Source of the DNA: Mobula hypostoma
Taxonomy: Eukaryota
DNA length: 64,000 nt
Direction: 5' to 3'
Assembly (NCBI RefSeq): GCF_963921235.1
Contig: NC_086097.1
Location: forward strand, 66,156,001 to 66,220,000
Part shown: positions 13,101 through 26,639 of the stretch, one piece after another
Layout: every line of letters starts with the position of its first letter
How positions within the stretch are numbered: position 1 is the stretch's first letter
The notes under the pieces: generated by a model
Seen by the model: only the letters and a program-made list of their open reading frames with translations
Database searches by the model: none
Told to the model about the DNA's origin: nothing
Program-made: the position numbers and the translations under genes

Positions 13101-16100
13101 AGGCTGGAGGCTGGAGACTAGAGGCGGGGCGAGGCTGGAGACTAGAGGCAGCACTGGAGACTGGAGACGCGAGGTGAGGCTGGAGACGCGAGGCAAGATG
13201 AGAGTGGAGGCTGGAGACTAGTGGCGAGGCGAGGCTGGAGACTAGTGGCGAGGCGAGGCTGGAGACTAGTGGCAAGGCGAGGTTGGAGACTAGAGGCGAG
13301 GCGAGGCTGGAGACTAGGGGCGGGGTGAGGCGAGGCTGGAGACTAGGGGCGAGGCAAGGCTGGAGACTAGGGGTGGAGTGAGGCTGGAGGCTGGTGACTA
13401 GGGGCGAAGCGAAGCTGGAGGCTGTAGACTAGTGGCGAGGTTGGAGGCTAGGGGCGAGGCTGGAGGCTGGAGACTAGAGGCGCGGCTGGAGACTGGAGAC
13501 ACGAGGTGAGGCTGGAGACTAGAGGCGAGGCTGGAGGCTGGAGACTTGGGGCGAGGCGAGGCAGTAGGCTGGAGACTAGAGGCGAGGCGAGGCTCGAGGC
13601 TGGAGACTAGGGGTGGGGCGAGGCTGGAGACTCGGGGCGCGGTGAAGCTGGAGGCTGGAGACTAGGGGCGGGGTGAGGCAAGGCTGGAGACTAGGGGCGA
13701 GGCAAGGCTGGAGACTAGGGGTGGAGTGAGGCTGGAGGCTGGAGGCTGGAGACTAGGGGTGAGGCAAGGCTGGAGGCTGGTGACCAGGGGCGATGCGAGG
13801 CTGGAGGCTGGTGACTAGGGGCGAAGCGAGGCTGGAGGCTGGAGACTAGAGGCGAGGCGAGGATGGAGGGGCGAGGCACGGCTGGAGGCTGGAGACGCGA
13901 GGCGAGGCTGGAGGCTGGAGACTAGGGGTGGGGCGAGGCTAGAGACTCGGGGCGGGGCGAGGCTGGAGGCTGGAGACCAAGGGCGGGGTGAGGCAAGGCT
14001 GGAGACTAGGGGCGAGGCAAGGCTGGAGACTAGGGGTGGAGTGAGGCTGGAGGCTGGAGACTAGGGGTGAGGCAAGGCTGGAGGCTGGTGACTAGAGGCG
14101 AAGTGAGGCTGGAGGATGGTGACTAGGGGCGGGGCATGGCTGGAGGCTGGAGACTAGAGGCGAGGATGGAGGCGCGAGGCAAGGCTGGAGGCTGGAGACT
14201 AGGGGTGGGGCGAGGCTAGAGACTCGGGGCGGGGCGAGGCTGGAGGCTGGAGACTAGGGGCGGGGTGAGGCAAGGCTGGAGACTAGGGGTGGAGTGAGGC
14301 TGGAGGCTGGAGACTAGGGGTGAGGCAAGGCTGGAGGCTGGTGACTAGGGGCGAAGCGAGGCTGGAGGCTGGTGACTAGGGGCGAAGCGAGGCTGGAGGC
14401 TGGAGACTTGAGGCGGGCGAGGCTGGAGGCTGGAGACTAGAGGTGGGGGAGGCTGGAGACTAGAGGCGGGGCGAGTCTGGAGGCTGGAGACTAGAGGCGG
14501 GGCGAGGCTGGAGACTAGAGGCGGCGCTGGAGACTGGAGACGCGAGGCGAGGCTGGAGACGCGAGGCAAGGCGGGAGTGGAGGCTGGAGACTAGTGGCGA
14601 GGCGAGGCTGGAGACTAGTGGCAAGGCGAGGCTGGAGACCCGTGGCAAGGCGAGGCTGGAGACTCGTGGCAAGGCAAGGTTGGAGACTAGAGGCGAGGCG
14701 TGGCTTGAGACTAGTGGCGGGGTGAGGCGAGGCTGGAGACTGGGGGCGAGGCAAGGCTGGAGACTAGGGGTGGAGTGATGCTGGAGGCTGGAGACTAGGG
14801 GTGGAGTGAGGCTGGAGGCTGGTGACTAGGGGCGAAGCGAAGCTGGAGGCTGTAGACTAGTGGTGAGGTTGGAGGCTAGGGGCGAGGCTGGAGGCTGGAG
14901 ACTAGAGGCGCGGCTGGAGGCGAGACACGAGGTGAGGCTGGAGACTAGAGGCGAGGCTGGAGGCTGGAGACTTGAGGCGAGGTGAGGCAGTAGGCTGGAG
15001 ACTAGAGGCGAGGCGAGGCTCGAGGCTGGAGACTAGGGGTGGGGCGAGGCAGTAGGCTGGAGACTAGAGGCAAGGCGAGGCTCGAGGCTGGAGACTAGGG
15101 GTGGGGCGAGGCTGGAGACGGGGCGGGGCGAAGCTGGAGGCTGGAGACTAGGGGCGGGGTGAGGCAAGGCTGGAGACTAGGGGCGAGGCAAGGCTGGAGA
15201 CTAGGGGTGGAGTGAGGCTGGAGGCTGGAGACTAGGGGTGAGGCAAGGCTGGAGGCTGGTGACTAGGGGCGAAGCGAGGCTGGAGGCTGGAGACTTGAGG
15301 CGGGGCGAGGCTGGAGGCTGGAGACTAGAGGCGAGGCGAGGCTGGAGGCTGGAGACCAGGGGCGAGCGAGGCTGGAAGCTGGAGACTAGGGGTGAGGCGA
15401 GTCTGGAGGCTGGAGACTAGGGGCGAGGCGAGGCAGTAGGCTGGAGACTAGAAGCGAGGCGAGGCTCGAGGCTGGAGACTAGGGGTGGGGCGAGGCTGGA
15501 GACTCGGGGCAGGGCGAAGCTGGAGGCTGGAGACTAGGGGCGGGGTGAGGCAAGGCTGGAGACTAGGGGCGAGGCAAGGCTGGAGACTAGGGGTGGAGTG
15601 AGGCTGGAGGCTGGAGACTAGGGGTGAGGCAAGGCTGGAGGCTGGTGACTAGGGGCGAAGCGAGGCTGGAGGCTGGAGACTTGAGGCGGGGCGAGGCTGG
15701 AGGCTGGAGACCAGAGGCGGGGGGAGGCTGGAGACTAGAGTCGGGGGGAGGCTGGAGACTAGAGGCGGGGCTGGAGACTGGAGACGCGAGGCGAGGCTGG
15801 AGACTAGAGGAGAGGCGAGGCTGGAGTCGCGTGACGAGTCGAGGCTGGAGATGCGAGGCAAGGTGAGAGTGGAGGCTGGAGACCAGTGGCGAGGCGAGGC
15901 TGGAGACCAGTGGCAAGGCGAGGCTGGAGACTAGGGGCGGGGTGAGGCGAGGCTGGAGACTAGGGGCGAGTCTGGAGGCTGGAGTCCAGAGGCAAGGTGA
16001 GGCTGGAGTCTGGCGACTAGAGGCGGGGCGAGCCTGGAGGCTGGTGACTAGAGGCGGGGCGAGGCTCGAGACTAGAGACTGGAGACGCGAGGCGAGGCTG

Positions 16101-16859
16101 GAGACGCGAGACGAGTCGGGGCAAGAGTGGAGGCTGGAGACTAGTGGCGTGGCGAGGCTGGAGATTAGTGGCGAGGCGAGGCTGGAGACTAGGGGCGAGG
16201 CGAGGCTGGAGACTAGGGGTGGAGTGAGGCTGGAGGCTGGAGACTAGGGGCGATCCAAGGCTGGAGGCTGGTGACTAGGGGCAAAGCGAAGCTGGAGGCT
16301 GTAGACTCGTGGTGAGGTTGGAGGCTAGGGGCGATGCGAGGCTGGAGACTAGAGGCGAGGTGAGGCTGTAGGGTGGAGACTAGAGGCGAAGCGAGGCTGG
16401 AGGCTGGTGACTATGGGCGAAGCGAGGCTGGAGGCTGGAGACTAGAGGCGGGGCGAGGCTCTAGGCTGGAGACTAGAGGCGGGGCGAGGCTGGAGACTAG
16501 AGGCGGCTGGAGACTGGAGACGCGAGGCGAGGCTGGAGACGCGAGGCAAGGCGAGAGTGGAGACTAGTGGCAAGGCGAGGCTGGAGACTAGAGGCGAGGC
16601 GAGTTTGGAGACTAGAGGCGAGGCGAGGCTTGAGACTAGTGGCGGGGTGAGGCGAGGCTGGAGAATAGGGGTGAGGCAACGCTGGAGACTAGGGGTGGAG
16701 TGATGCTGGAGGCTGGAGACTAGAGGCGCGACTGGAGACTGGAGACATGAGGCGAGGCTGGAGACTAGAGGAGAGGCGAGGCTGGAGACGCGAGACGAGT
16801 CGAGGCTGGAGAGGCGAGGCGAGAGTGGAGGCTGGAGACTAGTGGCGAGGCGAGGCTGG

Positions 16860-19800
16860 AGACGCGAGGTGAGGCTGGAGACCCGGGGCGGGGCGAGGCT
16901 GGAGGCTGGAAACTAGGGGCGAGGCTGGAGACTGGAGGTGTGGCGAGGCTGGTGGCTGGAGACTAGAGGCGAGGCGAGGCTGGAGATTGGGGGCGGGGTG
17001 AGGCGAGGCTGGAGACTAGGGGCGAGGCAAGGCTGGAAACTAGGGGTGGAGTGAGGCTGGAGGCTGGAGACTAGGGGCGAAGCGAAGCTGGAGGCTGTAG
17101 ACTAGTGGCGAGGTTGGAGGCTGGGGCGAGGCTGGAGGCTAGGGGCGTGGCTGGAGGCTGGATACTAGGTGCGAGGCGAGGCTGGAGTCTGAGACCGGGG
17201 GCGAGACGAGGCTGGAGGATGGAGACCGGGGGCGACGCGAGGCTGGAGTCTGGGGACCGGGGGCGGCTGGAGGCTGGGGACCAAATGCGAGGCGAGGCTG
17301 GAGGCTGGAGACCCGGGGCGGGGCGAGGCTGGTGACCCGGGGCGGGGCGAGGCTGGAGACCCGGGGCGAGGCGAGGCTTGAGACTAGTGGCGGGGTGAGG
17401 CGAGGCTGGAGAATAGGGGTGAGGCGAGGCTGGAGACTAGGGGTGGAGTGATGCTGGAGGCTGGAGACTAGGGGCGAGGCGAGGCTGGAGGCTGGAGACA
17501 TGAGGCGAGGCTGGAGACTAGAGGAGAGGCGAGGCTGGAGACGCGAGACGAGTCGAGGCTGGAGAGGCGAGGCGAGAGTGGAGGCTGGAGACTAGTGGCG
17601 AGGCGAGGCTGGAGACGCGAGCTGAGGCTGGAGACCCTGGGCAGGGCGAGGCTGGAGGCTGGAAACCAGGGGCGAGGCTGGAGACTGGAGGTGTGGCGAG
17701 GCTGGTGGCTGGAGACTAGAGGCGAGGCGAGGCTGGAGATTGGGGGCGGGGTGAGGCGAGGCTGGAGACTAGGGGCGAGGCAAGGCTGGAAACTAGGGGT
17801 GGAGTGAGGCTGGAGGCTGGAGACTAGGGGCGAGGCAAGGCTGGAGGCTGGCGACAAGGGGCGAAGCGAAGCTGGAGGCAGTAGAGGTGGCGAGGGTGGA
17901 GGCCAGGGGCGAGGCTGGAGGCTGGAGACTAGGGGCGAGCGAGGCTGGAGGCTGGAGACCAGAGGCAACACGAGGCTGGAGGCTGGATACCCGGGGCGGG
18001 GCGAGGCTGGAGGCTGGAAACTGGGGGCGAGGCTGGAGGCTGGAGACTAGAGGCGAGGCGAGGCAGGGCTGGAGACTAGAGGCAAGGCAAGGCTGGAGGC
18101 TGGAGACCCGGGGCGGGGCGAGGCTGGAGGCTGGGGACCTGGGGCGGGGCGAGGCTGGAGGCTGGAAACTAGGTGCGAGGCTGGAGGCTGGAGACCAGAG
18201 GCGTGGCGAGGCTTGTGGCTGGAGACTAGAGGCGAGGCGAGGCTGGAGACTAGGGGCGGGGTGAGGCGAGGCTGCAGACTGGAGACTGGGGCGAGGCGAG
18301 GCTGGCGGCTGGAGACTAGGGGCGAGGCTGGAGGCTGGAGACTAGGGGCGAGGCTGTAGGCTGGAGACTAGAAGCTAGGCGAGGCTGGAGACTGGAGGCG
18401 AGGCTGCAGGCTGGAGACTAGAGGCGAGGCAGGAGGCTGGAGACTAGAGGCGAGGCGAGGCTGGAGACTAGAGGCGAGGTGAGGCTGTAGGCTGGAGACT
18501 AGAGGCGAGGCGAGGCTGGAGGCTGGTGACTATGGGCAAAGCGAGACTGGAGGCTGGAGAGTAGAGGCGGGACGAGGCTGGAGGATGGAGACTAGAGGCG
18601 GGGCGAGGCTGGAGACTAGAGGCGGCGCTGGAGACTGGAGACGCGAGGCGAGGCTGGAGACGCGAGGCAAGGCGAGAGTGCAGGCTGGAGACTAGTGGCG
18701 AGGCGAGGCTGGAGACTAGGGGCGAGGCAAGGCTGGAGACTAGGGGTGGAGTGATGCTGGAGGCTGGAGACTAGGGGTGGAGTGAGGCTGGAGGCTGGTG
18801 ACTAGGGGCGAAGTGAAGCTGGAGGCTGTAGACTAGTGGCGAGGTTGGAGGCTAGGGGCGAGGCTGGAGACTAGAGGCGCGGCTGGAGACTGGAGACACG
18901 AGGTGAGGCTGGAGACTAGAGGAGAGGCGAGGCTGGAGACGCGAGGCGAGGCGAGAGTGGAGGCTGGAGACTAGTGGCGAGGCGAGGCTGGAGACGCGAG
19001 TTGAGTCTGGAGGCTTGGGGCGGGGCGAGGCTTGAGGCTGGAAACTAGTGGCGAGGCTGGAGACTGGAGGTGTGGCGAGGCTGGAGGCTGGAGACTAGAG
19101 GCGAGGCAAGGCTGGAGATTGGGGGCGGGGTGAGGCGAGGCTGGAGACTAGGGGCGAGGCAAGGCTGGAAACTAGGGGTGTAGTGAGGCTCGAGGCTGGA
19201 GACGAGGGGCGAAGCGAAGCTGGAGGCTGTAGACTAGTGGCGAGGTTGGAGGCTGGGGCGAGGCTGGAGGATTGGTGTGAGGCTGGAGGCTGGAGACTAG
19301 GCGCGAGGCAAGGCTGGAGTCTGGAGACTAGGGGCGAGGCGAGGCTGGAGGCTAGGGACCCGGGGCGGGGCGAGGCTGGAGGCTGGAAACTCGGTGCGAG
19401 GCTGGAGGCTGGAGACTAGAGGCGAGGCGAGGCTGGAGGCTGGAGACTAGGGGCGAAGCGAAGCTGGAGGCTGTAGACTAGTGGCGAGGTTGGAGGCTAG
19501 GGGCGAGGCGAGGCTGGAGGCTGGAGACTAGAGGCGAGGCGAGGCTGGAGACTAGAGGCGAGGCAAGGCTGGAGGCTGGAGACCCGGGGCGGGGCGAGGC
19601 TGGAGGCTGGAGACCAGAGGCGTGGCGAGGCTTGTGCCTGGAGACTAGAGGCGAGCCGAGGCTGGAGACTAGAGACTGGAGACGCGAGGCGAGGCTGGAG
19701 ACTAGAGGAGATGCGAGGCTGGAGACGCGAGACAAGTCGAGGCGAGAGTGGAGGCTGGAGACTAGTGGCGTGGCGAGGCTGGATATTAGTGGCGAGGCGA

Positions 19801-22800
19801 GGCTGGAGACTAGGGGTGGAGTGAGGCTGGAGGCTGGAGACAAGGGGCAATGCAAGGCTGGAGGCTGGTGGCTAGGGGCAAAGAGAAGCTGGAGGCTGTA
19901 GACTAGTGGTGAGGTTGGAGGCTAGGGGCAAGGCGAGCTGGAGGCTGGAGACTGGGGCGAGGCGAGGCTGGAGACTAGGGGCGAGGCTGTAGGCTGGAGG
20001 CTAGAAGCTAGGCGAGGCTGTAGGCTGGAGACTAGAGGCGAGGCGGTAGGCTGGCGACTAGAGGCGAGGCGAGGCTGTAGGCTGGAGACTAGGGGCGAGG
20101 CAAGGCTGGAGACTAGAGGTGGAGTGAGGCTGGAGGCTGGAGACGAGGGGTGAGGCGAGGCTGGAGGCTGGTGACTAGGGGCGAAGCGAGGCTGGAGGCT
20201 GGAGACTAGGGGCGGGGGGTGGCTGGAGACTAGAGGCGGGGCTGGAGACTGGAGACGCGAGGCGAGGCTGGAGACTAGAGGAGAGGCGAGGCTGGAGTCG
20301 CGAGATGAGTCGAGGCTGGAGACGCGAGGCAAGGTGAGAGTGGAGGCTGGAGACCAGTGGCGAGGCGAGGCTGGAGACTAGGGGCGGGGTGAGGCGAGGC
20401 TGGAGACTAGGGGCGAGTCTGGAGGCTGGAGACCAGAGGCAAGGTGAGGCTGGAGTCTGGCGACTAGAGGCGGGGCGAGCCTGGAGGCTGGTGACTAGAG
20501 GCGGAGTGAGGCTGGAAACTAGAGACTGGAGACGCGAAGCGAGGCTGGAGACTAGAGGAGAGGCGAGGCTGGAGACGCGAGACGAGTCGAGGCGAGAGTG
20601 GAGGCTGGAGACTAGTGGCGTGGCGAGGCTGGAGATTAGTGGCGAGGCGAGGCTGGAGACTAGGGGTGGAGTGAGGCTGGAGGCTGGAGACTAGGGGCGA
20701 TCCAAGGCTGGAGGCTGGTGACTAGGGGCAAAGCGAAGCTGGAGGCTGTAGACGAGTGGCGAGGTTGGAGGCTAGGGGCGAGGCGAGGCTGGAGGCTGGA
20801 GACTGGGGCGATGCAAGGCTGGAGGCTGGAGACTAGGGGCGAGGCTGTAGGCTGGAGAGTAGAAGCTAGGCGAGGCTGTAGGCTGGAGACTAGAGGCGAG
20901 GCTGTAGGCTGGAGACTAGAGGCAAGGCGAGGCTGTAGGCTGGAGACTAGAGGCGAGGCGAGGCTGTAGGCTGGAGACTAGAGGCGAGGCGAGGCTGTAG
21001 GCTGGAGACTAGAGGCGATGCGAGCCTGTAGGCTGGAGACTAGAGGCGAGGCGAGCCTGTAGGCTGGAGACCAGAGGTGAGGTGAGCATGTAGGCTGGAG
21101 ATAAGATGCGAGGCGAGGCTGGAGGCTGGTGACTATGGGCGAAGCGAGGCTGGAGGCTGGAGACTAGAGGCGGGGTGAGGCTGGAGACTGGAGGCGGCGC
21201 TGGAGACTGGAGACGCGAGGCGAGGCTGGAGACGCGAGGCAAGGCGAGGGTGGAGGCTGGAGACTAGTGGCGAGGCGAGGCTGGAGACTAGAGGCGAGGC
21301 GAGGTTGGAGACTGGAGGCGAGGCAAGGCTGGAGACTAGTGGCAAGGCGAGGCTGGAGACGCGACGTGAGGCTGGAGACCCGGAGCAGGGCGAGGCTGGA
21401 GGCTGGAAACTAGGGGCGAGGCTGGAGACTGGAGGTGTGGCGAGGCTGGTGGTTGGAGACTAGAGGCGAGGCGAGGCTGGAGATTGGGGGCGGGGTGAGG
21501 CGAGGCTGGAGACTAGGGGCGAGGCAAGGCAGGAAACTAGGGGTGGAGTGAGGCTGGAGGCTGGAGACTAGGGGCGAAGCGAAGCTGGAGGCTGTAGACT
21601 AGTGGCGAGGTTGGAGGCTGGGGCGAGGCTGGAGGTTAGGGGCGTGGCTGGAGGCTGGATACTAGGTGCGAGGCGAGGCTGGAGTCTGAGACCGGGGGCG
21701 AGACGAGGCTGGAGGATGGAGACCGGGGGCGACGCGAGGCTGGAGTCTGGGGACCGGGGGCGGCTGGAGGCTGGGGACCAAATGCGAGGCGAGGCTGGAG
21801 GCTGGAGACCCGGGGCGGGGCGAGGCTGGTGACCCGGGGCGGGGCGAGGCTGGAGACCCGGGGCGAGGCGAGGCTTGAGACTAGTGGCGGGGTGAGGCGA
21901 GGCTGGAGAATAGGGGTGAGGCAACGCTGGAGACTAGGGGTGGAGTGATGCTGGAGGCTGGAGACTAGAGGCGCGACTGGAGACTGGAGACATGAGGCGA
22001 GGCTGGAGACTAGAGGAGAGGCGAGGCTGGAGACGCGAGACGAGTCGAGGCTGGAGAGGCGAGGCGAGAGTGGAGGCTGGAGACTAGTGGCAAGGCGAGG
22101 CTGGAGACGCGACGTGAGGCTGGAGACCCGGAGCAGGGCGAGGCTGGAGGCTGGAAACTAGGGGCGAGGCTGGAGACTGGAGGTGTGGCGAGGCTGGTGG
22201 TTGGAGACTAGAGGCGAGGCGAGGCTGGAGATTGGGGGCGGGGTGAGGCGAGGCTGGAGACTAGGGGCGAGGCAAGGCTGGAAACTAGGGGTGGAGTGAG
22301 GCTGGAGGCTGGAGACTAGGGGGCGAGGCAAGGCTGGAGGCTGGCGACAAGGGGCGAAGCGAAGCTGGAGGCAGTAGATGTGGCGAGGTTGGAGGCCAGG
22401 GGCGAGGCTGGAGGCTGGAGACTAGGGGCGAGACGAGGCTGGAGGCTGGAGACCAGAGGCAACACGAGGCTGGAGGCTGGATACCCGGGGCGGGGCGAGG
22501 CTGGAGGCTGGAAACTGGGGGCGAGGCTGGAGGCTGGAGACTAGAGGCGAGGCGAGGCAGGGCTGGAGACTAGAGGCGAGGCAAGGCTGGAGGCTGGAGA
22601 CCCGGGGCGGGTCTAGGCTGGAGGATGGGGACCTGGGGCGGGGCGAGGCTGGAGGCTGGAAACTAGGTGCGAGGCTGGAGGCTGGAGACCAGAGGCGTGG
22701 CGAGGCTTGTGGCTGGAGACTAGAGGCGAGGCGAGGCTGGAGACTAGGGGCGGGGTGAGGCGAGGCTGCAGACTGGAGACTGGGGCGAGGCGAGGCTGGC

Positions 22801-25800
22801 GGCTGGAGACTAGGGGCGAGGCTGGAGGCTGGAGACTAGGGGCGAGGCTGTAGGCTGGAGACTAGAAGCTAGGCGAGGCTGGAGACTGGAGGCGAGGCTG
22901 CAGGCTGGAGACTAGAGGCGAGGCAGGAGGCTGGAGACTAGAGGCGAGGCGAGGCTGGAGACTAGAGGCGAGGCGAGGCTGTAGGCTGGAGACTAGAGGC
23001 GAGGCGAGGCTGGAGGCTGGTGACTATGGCAAAGCGAGACTGGAGGCTGGAGACTAGAGGCGGGGCGAGGCTGGAGGCTGGAGACTAGAGGCGGGGCGAG
23101 GCTGGAGACTAGAGGCGGGGCTGGAGACTGGAGACGCGAGGCGAGGCTGGAGACGCGAGGCAAGGCGAGAGTGCAGGCTGGAGACTAGAGGCGAGGCGAG
23201 GCGAGGCTGGAGTCTAGGGGCGAGGCAAGGCTGGAGACTAGGGGTGGAGTGATGCTGGAGGCTGGAGACTAGGGGTGGAGTGAGGCTGGAGGCTGGTGAC
23301 TAGGGGCGAAGTGAAGCTGGAGGCTGTAGACTAGTGGCGAGGTTGGAGGCTAGGGGCGAGGCTGGAGACTAGAGGCGCGGCTGGAGACTGGAGACACGAG
23401 GTGAGGCTGGAGACTAGAGGAGAGGCGAGGCTGGAGACGCGAGGCGAGGCGAGAGTGGAGGCTGGAGACTAGTGGCGAGGCGAGGCTGGAGACGCGAGTT
23501 GAGTCTGGAGGCTTGGGGCGGGGCGAGGCTTGAGGCTGGAAACTAGTGGCGAGGCTGGAGACTGGAGGTGTGGCGAGGCTGGAGGCTGGAGACTAGAGGC
23601 GAGGCAAGGCTGGAGATTGGGGGCGGGGTGAGGCGAGGCTGGAGACTAGGGGCGAGGCAAGGCTGGAAACTAGGGGTGTAGTGAGGCTCGAGGCTGGAGA
23701 CGAGGGGCGAAGCGAAGCTGGAGGCTGTAGACTAGTGGCGAGGTTGGAGGCTGGGGCGAGGCTGGAGGATTGGTGTGAGGCTGGAGGCTGGAGACTAGGC
23801 GCGAGGCAAGGCTGGAGTCTGGAGACTAGGGGCGAGGCGAGGCTGGAGGCTAGGGACCCGGGGCGGGGCGAGGCTGGAGGCTGGAAACTCGGTGCGAGGC
23901 TGGAGGCTGGAGACTAGAGGCGAGGCGAGGCTGGAGGCCTGTGACTAGGGGCGAAGCGAAGCTGGAGGCTGTAGACGTGGCGAGGTTGGAGGCTAGGGGC
24001 GAGGCTGGAGGCTGGAGACCAGAGGCGAGGCGAGGCAGGGCTGGAGACTAGAGGCGAGGCAAGGCTGGAGGCTGGAGACCCGGGGCGGGGCGAGGCTGGA
24101 GGCTGGAGACCAGAGGCGTGGCGAGGCTTGTGCCTGGAGACTAGAGGCGAGCCGAGGCTGGAGACTAGAGACTGGAGACGCGAGGCGAGGCTGGAGACTA
24201 GAGGAGATGCGAGGCTGGAGACGCGAGACAAGTCGAGGCGAGAGTGGAGGCTGGAGACTAGTGGCGTGGCGAGGCTGGATATTAGTGGCGAGGCGAGGCT
24301 GGAGACTAGGGGTGGAGTGAGGCTGGAGGCTGGAGACAAGGGGCAATGCAAGGCTGGAGGCTGGTGGCTAGGGGCAAAGCGAAGCTGGAGGCTGTAGACT
24401 AGTGGCGAGGTTGGAGGCTAGGGGCAAGGCGAGGCTGGAGGCTGGAGACTGGGGCGAGGCGAGGCTGGAGGCTGGAGACTAGGGGCGAGGCTGTAGGCTG
24501 GAGACTAGAAGCTAGGCGAGGCTGTAGGCTGGAGACTAGAGGCGAGGCTGTAGGCTGGAGACTAGAGGCGAGGCGAGGCTGTAGGCTGGAGACTAGGGGC
24601 GAGGCAAGGCTGGAGACTAGAGGTGGAGTGAGGCTGGAGGCTGGAGACGAGGGGTGAGGCAGGGCTGGAGGCTGGTGACTAGGGGGGCGAGGCTGGAGGC
24701 TGGAGACAAGAGGCGGGGCGAGGCTGGAGGCTGGAGACTAGAGACGGGGGGAGGCTGGATACTGGAGACGCGAGGCGAGGCTGGAGACTAGAGGAGAGGC
24801 GAGGCTGGAGTCGCGTGACGAGTCGAGGCTGGAGATGCGAGGCAAGGTGAGAGTGGAGGCTGGAGACCAGTGGCGAGGCGAGGCTGGAGACTAGGGGCGG
24901 GGTGAGGCGAGGCTGGAGACTAGGGGCGAGTCTGGAGGCTGGAGTCCAGAGGCAAGGTGAGGCTGGAGTCTGGCGACTAGAGGCGGGGCGAGCCTGGAGG
25001 CTGGTGACTAGAGGCAGGGCGAGGCTGGAGACTAGAGACTGGAGACGCGAGGCGAGGCTGGAGAGTAGAGGAGAGGCGAGGCTGGAGACGCGAGACGAGT
25101 CGAGGCGAGAGTGGAGGCTGGAGACTAGTGGCGTGGCGAGGCTGGAGACTAGGGGCGAGGCGAGGCTGGAGACTAGGGGTGGAGTGAGGCTGGAAGCTGG
25201 AGACTAGGGGCGATCCAAGGCTGGAGGCTGGTGACTGGGGGCAAAGCGAAGCTGGAGGCTGTAGACTAGTGGCGAGGTTGGAGGCTAGGGGCGAGGCGAG
25301 GCTGGAGGCTGGAGACTGGGGCGAGGCGAGGCTGGAGGCTGGAGACTAGGGGCGAGGCTGTAGGCTGGAGACTAGAAGCTAGGCGAGGCTGTAGGCTGGA
25401 GACTAGAGGCGAGGCTGTAGGCTGGAGACTAGAGGCAAGGCGAGGCTGTAGGCTGGAGACTAGAGGCGAGGCGAGGCTGTAGGCTGGAGACTAGAGGCGA
25501 GGCGAGGCTGTAGGCTGGAGACTAGAGGCGAGGCGAGCCTGTAGGCTGGAGACTAGAGGCGAGGCGAGCCTGTAGGCTGGAGACTAGAGGTGAGGTGAGC
25601 CTGTAGGCTGGAGATAAGATGCGAGGCGAGGCTGGAGGCTGGTGACTATGGGCGAAGCGAGGCTGGAGGCTGGAGACTAGAGGCGGGGTGAGGCTGGAGA
25701 CTGGAGGCGGCGCTGGAGACTGGAGACGCGAGGCGAGACTGGAGACGCGAGGCAAGGCGAGGGTGGAGGCTGGAAACTAGTGGCGAGGCGAGGCTGGAGA

Positions 25801-25870
25801 CTAGAGGCGAGGCGAGGTTGGAGACTGGAGGCGAGGCAAGGCTGGAGACTAGTGGCGGGGTGAGGCGAGG
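16860..25870 (+). repeat. ~4.5-kb tandem duplication (~16860-21355 and ~21358-25870)
   Basis: ORF-track peptides match at 17105/21602, 19183/23681, 19632/24128, 20389/24902 and 21009/25522 (offsets 4496-4513). Rare variants GGATTGGTGTGA, CTTGTGCCTGG, GGCAATGCAAGG and GATAAGATGCG are shared. Confidence 0.92.
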
Positions 25871-26076
25871 CTGGAGACTAGGGGCGAGGCAAGGCTGGAG
25901 TCTGGAGACTAGGGGAGAGGCGAGGCTGGAGGCTAGGGACCCGGGGCCGGGCGAGGCTGGAGGCTGGAAACTCGGTGCGAGGCGAGGCTGGAGAGTAGAG
26001 GTGAGGCGAGGCTGGAGACGCGAGACGAGTCGAGGCGAGAGTGGAGGCTGGAGACTAGTGGCGTGGCGAGGCTGGA

Positions 26077-26276
26077 NNNNNNNNNNNNNNNNNNNNNNNN
26101 NNNNNNNNNNNNNNNNNNNNNNNNNNNNNNNNNNNNNNNNNNNNNNNNNNNNNNNNNNNNNNNNNNNNNNNNNNNNNNNNNNNNNNNNNNNNNNNNNNNN
26201 NNNNNNNNNNNNNNNNNNNNNNNNNNNNNNNNNNNNNNNNNNNNNNNNNNNNNNNNNNNNNNNNNNNNNNNNNNNN
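26077..26276. other. Assembly gap (200 N)
   Basis: Run of exactly 200 N. A round fixed length is typical of a scaffolding placeholder whose true size is unknown. Confidence 0.99.
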
Positions 26277-26639
26277 CTGTAGACTGGTGGCGAGGTTGGT
26301 GGCTAGGGGCGAGGCTGGAAGCTGGAGACTAGGGGCGAGGCGAGGCTGGAGTCTGGAGACTAGGGGCCAGGCGAGGCTGGAGGCTGGAGACTATGGGCGA
26401 CGCGAGGCTGGAGGCTGGAGACCGGGGGCGACGCGAGGCTGGAGGCTGGAGACTAGAAGCAAGGCTGGAGGCTGGAGACCAGATGCGAGGCGAGGCTGGA
26501 GGCTGGAGACCCGGGGCGGGGCGAGGCTGGAGGCTGGAGACCCGGGGCGGGGCGAGGCTGGAGGCTGGAGACTAGAGGCGAGGCTGGAGGCTGGAGACTA
26601 GAGGCGTGGTGAGGCTGGAGGCTGGAGACTAGAAGCGAG

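Larger units (their letters stand above)
1..26076 (+). repeat. G-rich tandem satellite/minisatellite array, left contig (variant-rich; 19/24/26/31-bp units built from 7-mers and 5-mers)
   Basis: GGCTGGA, GACTAG(G/A/T) and GGCGA words reiterate continuously from base 1 to the gap. No unique sequence is visible. The G-rich strand is always the + strand. Confidence 0.98.

Noticed and set aside
25818..26332. ORFs running through the N gap
   Set aside because: Artefact of translating N as X.
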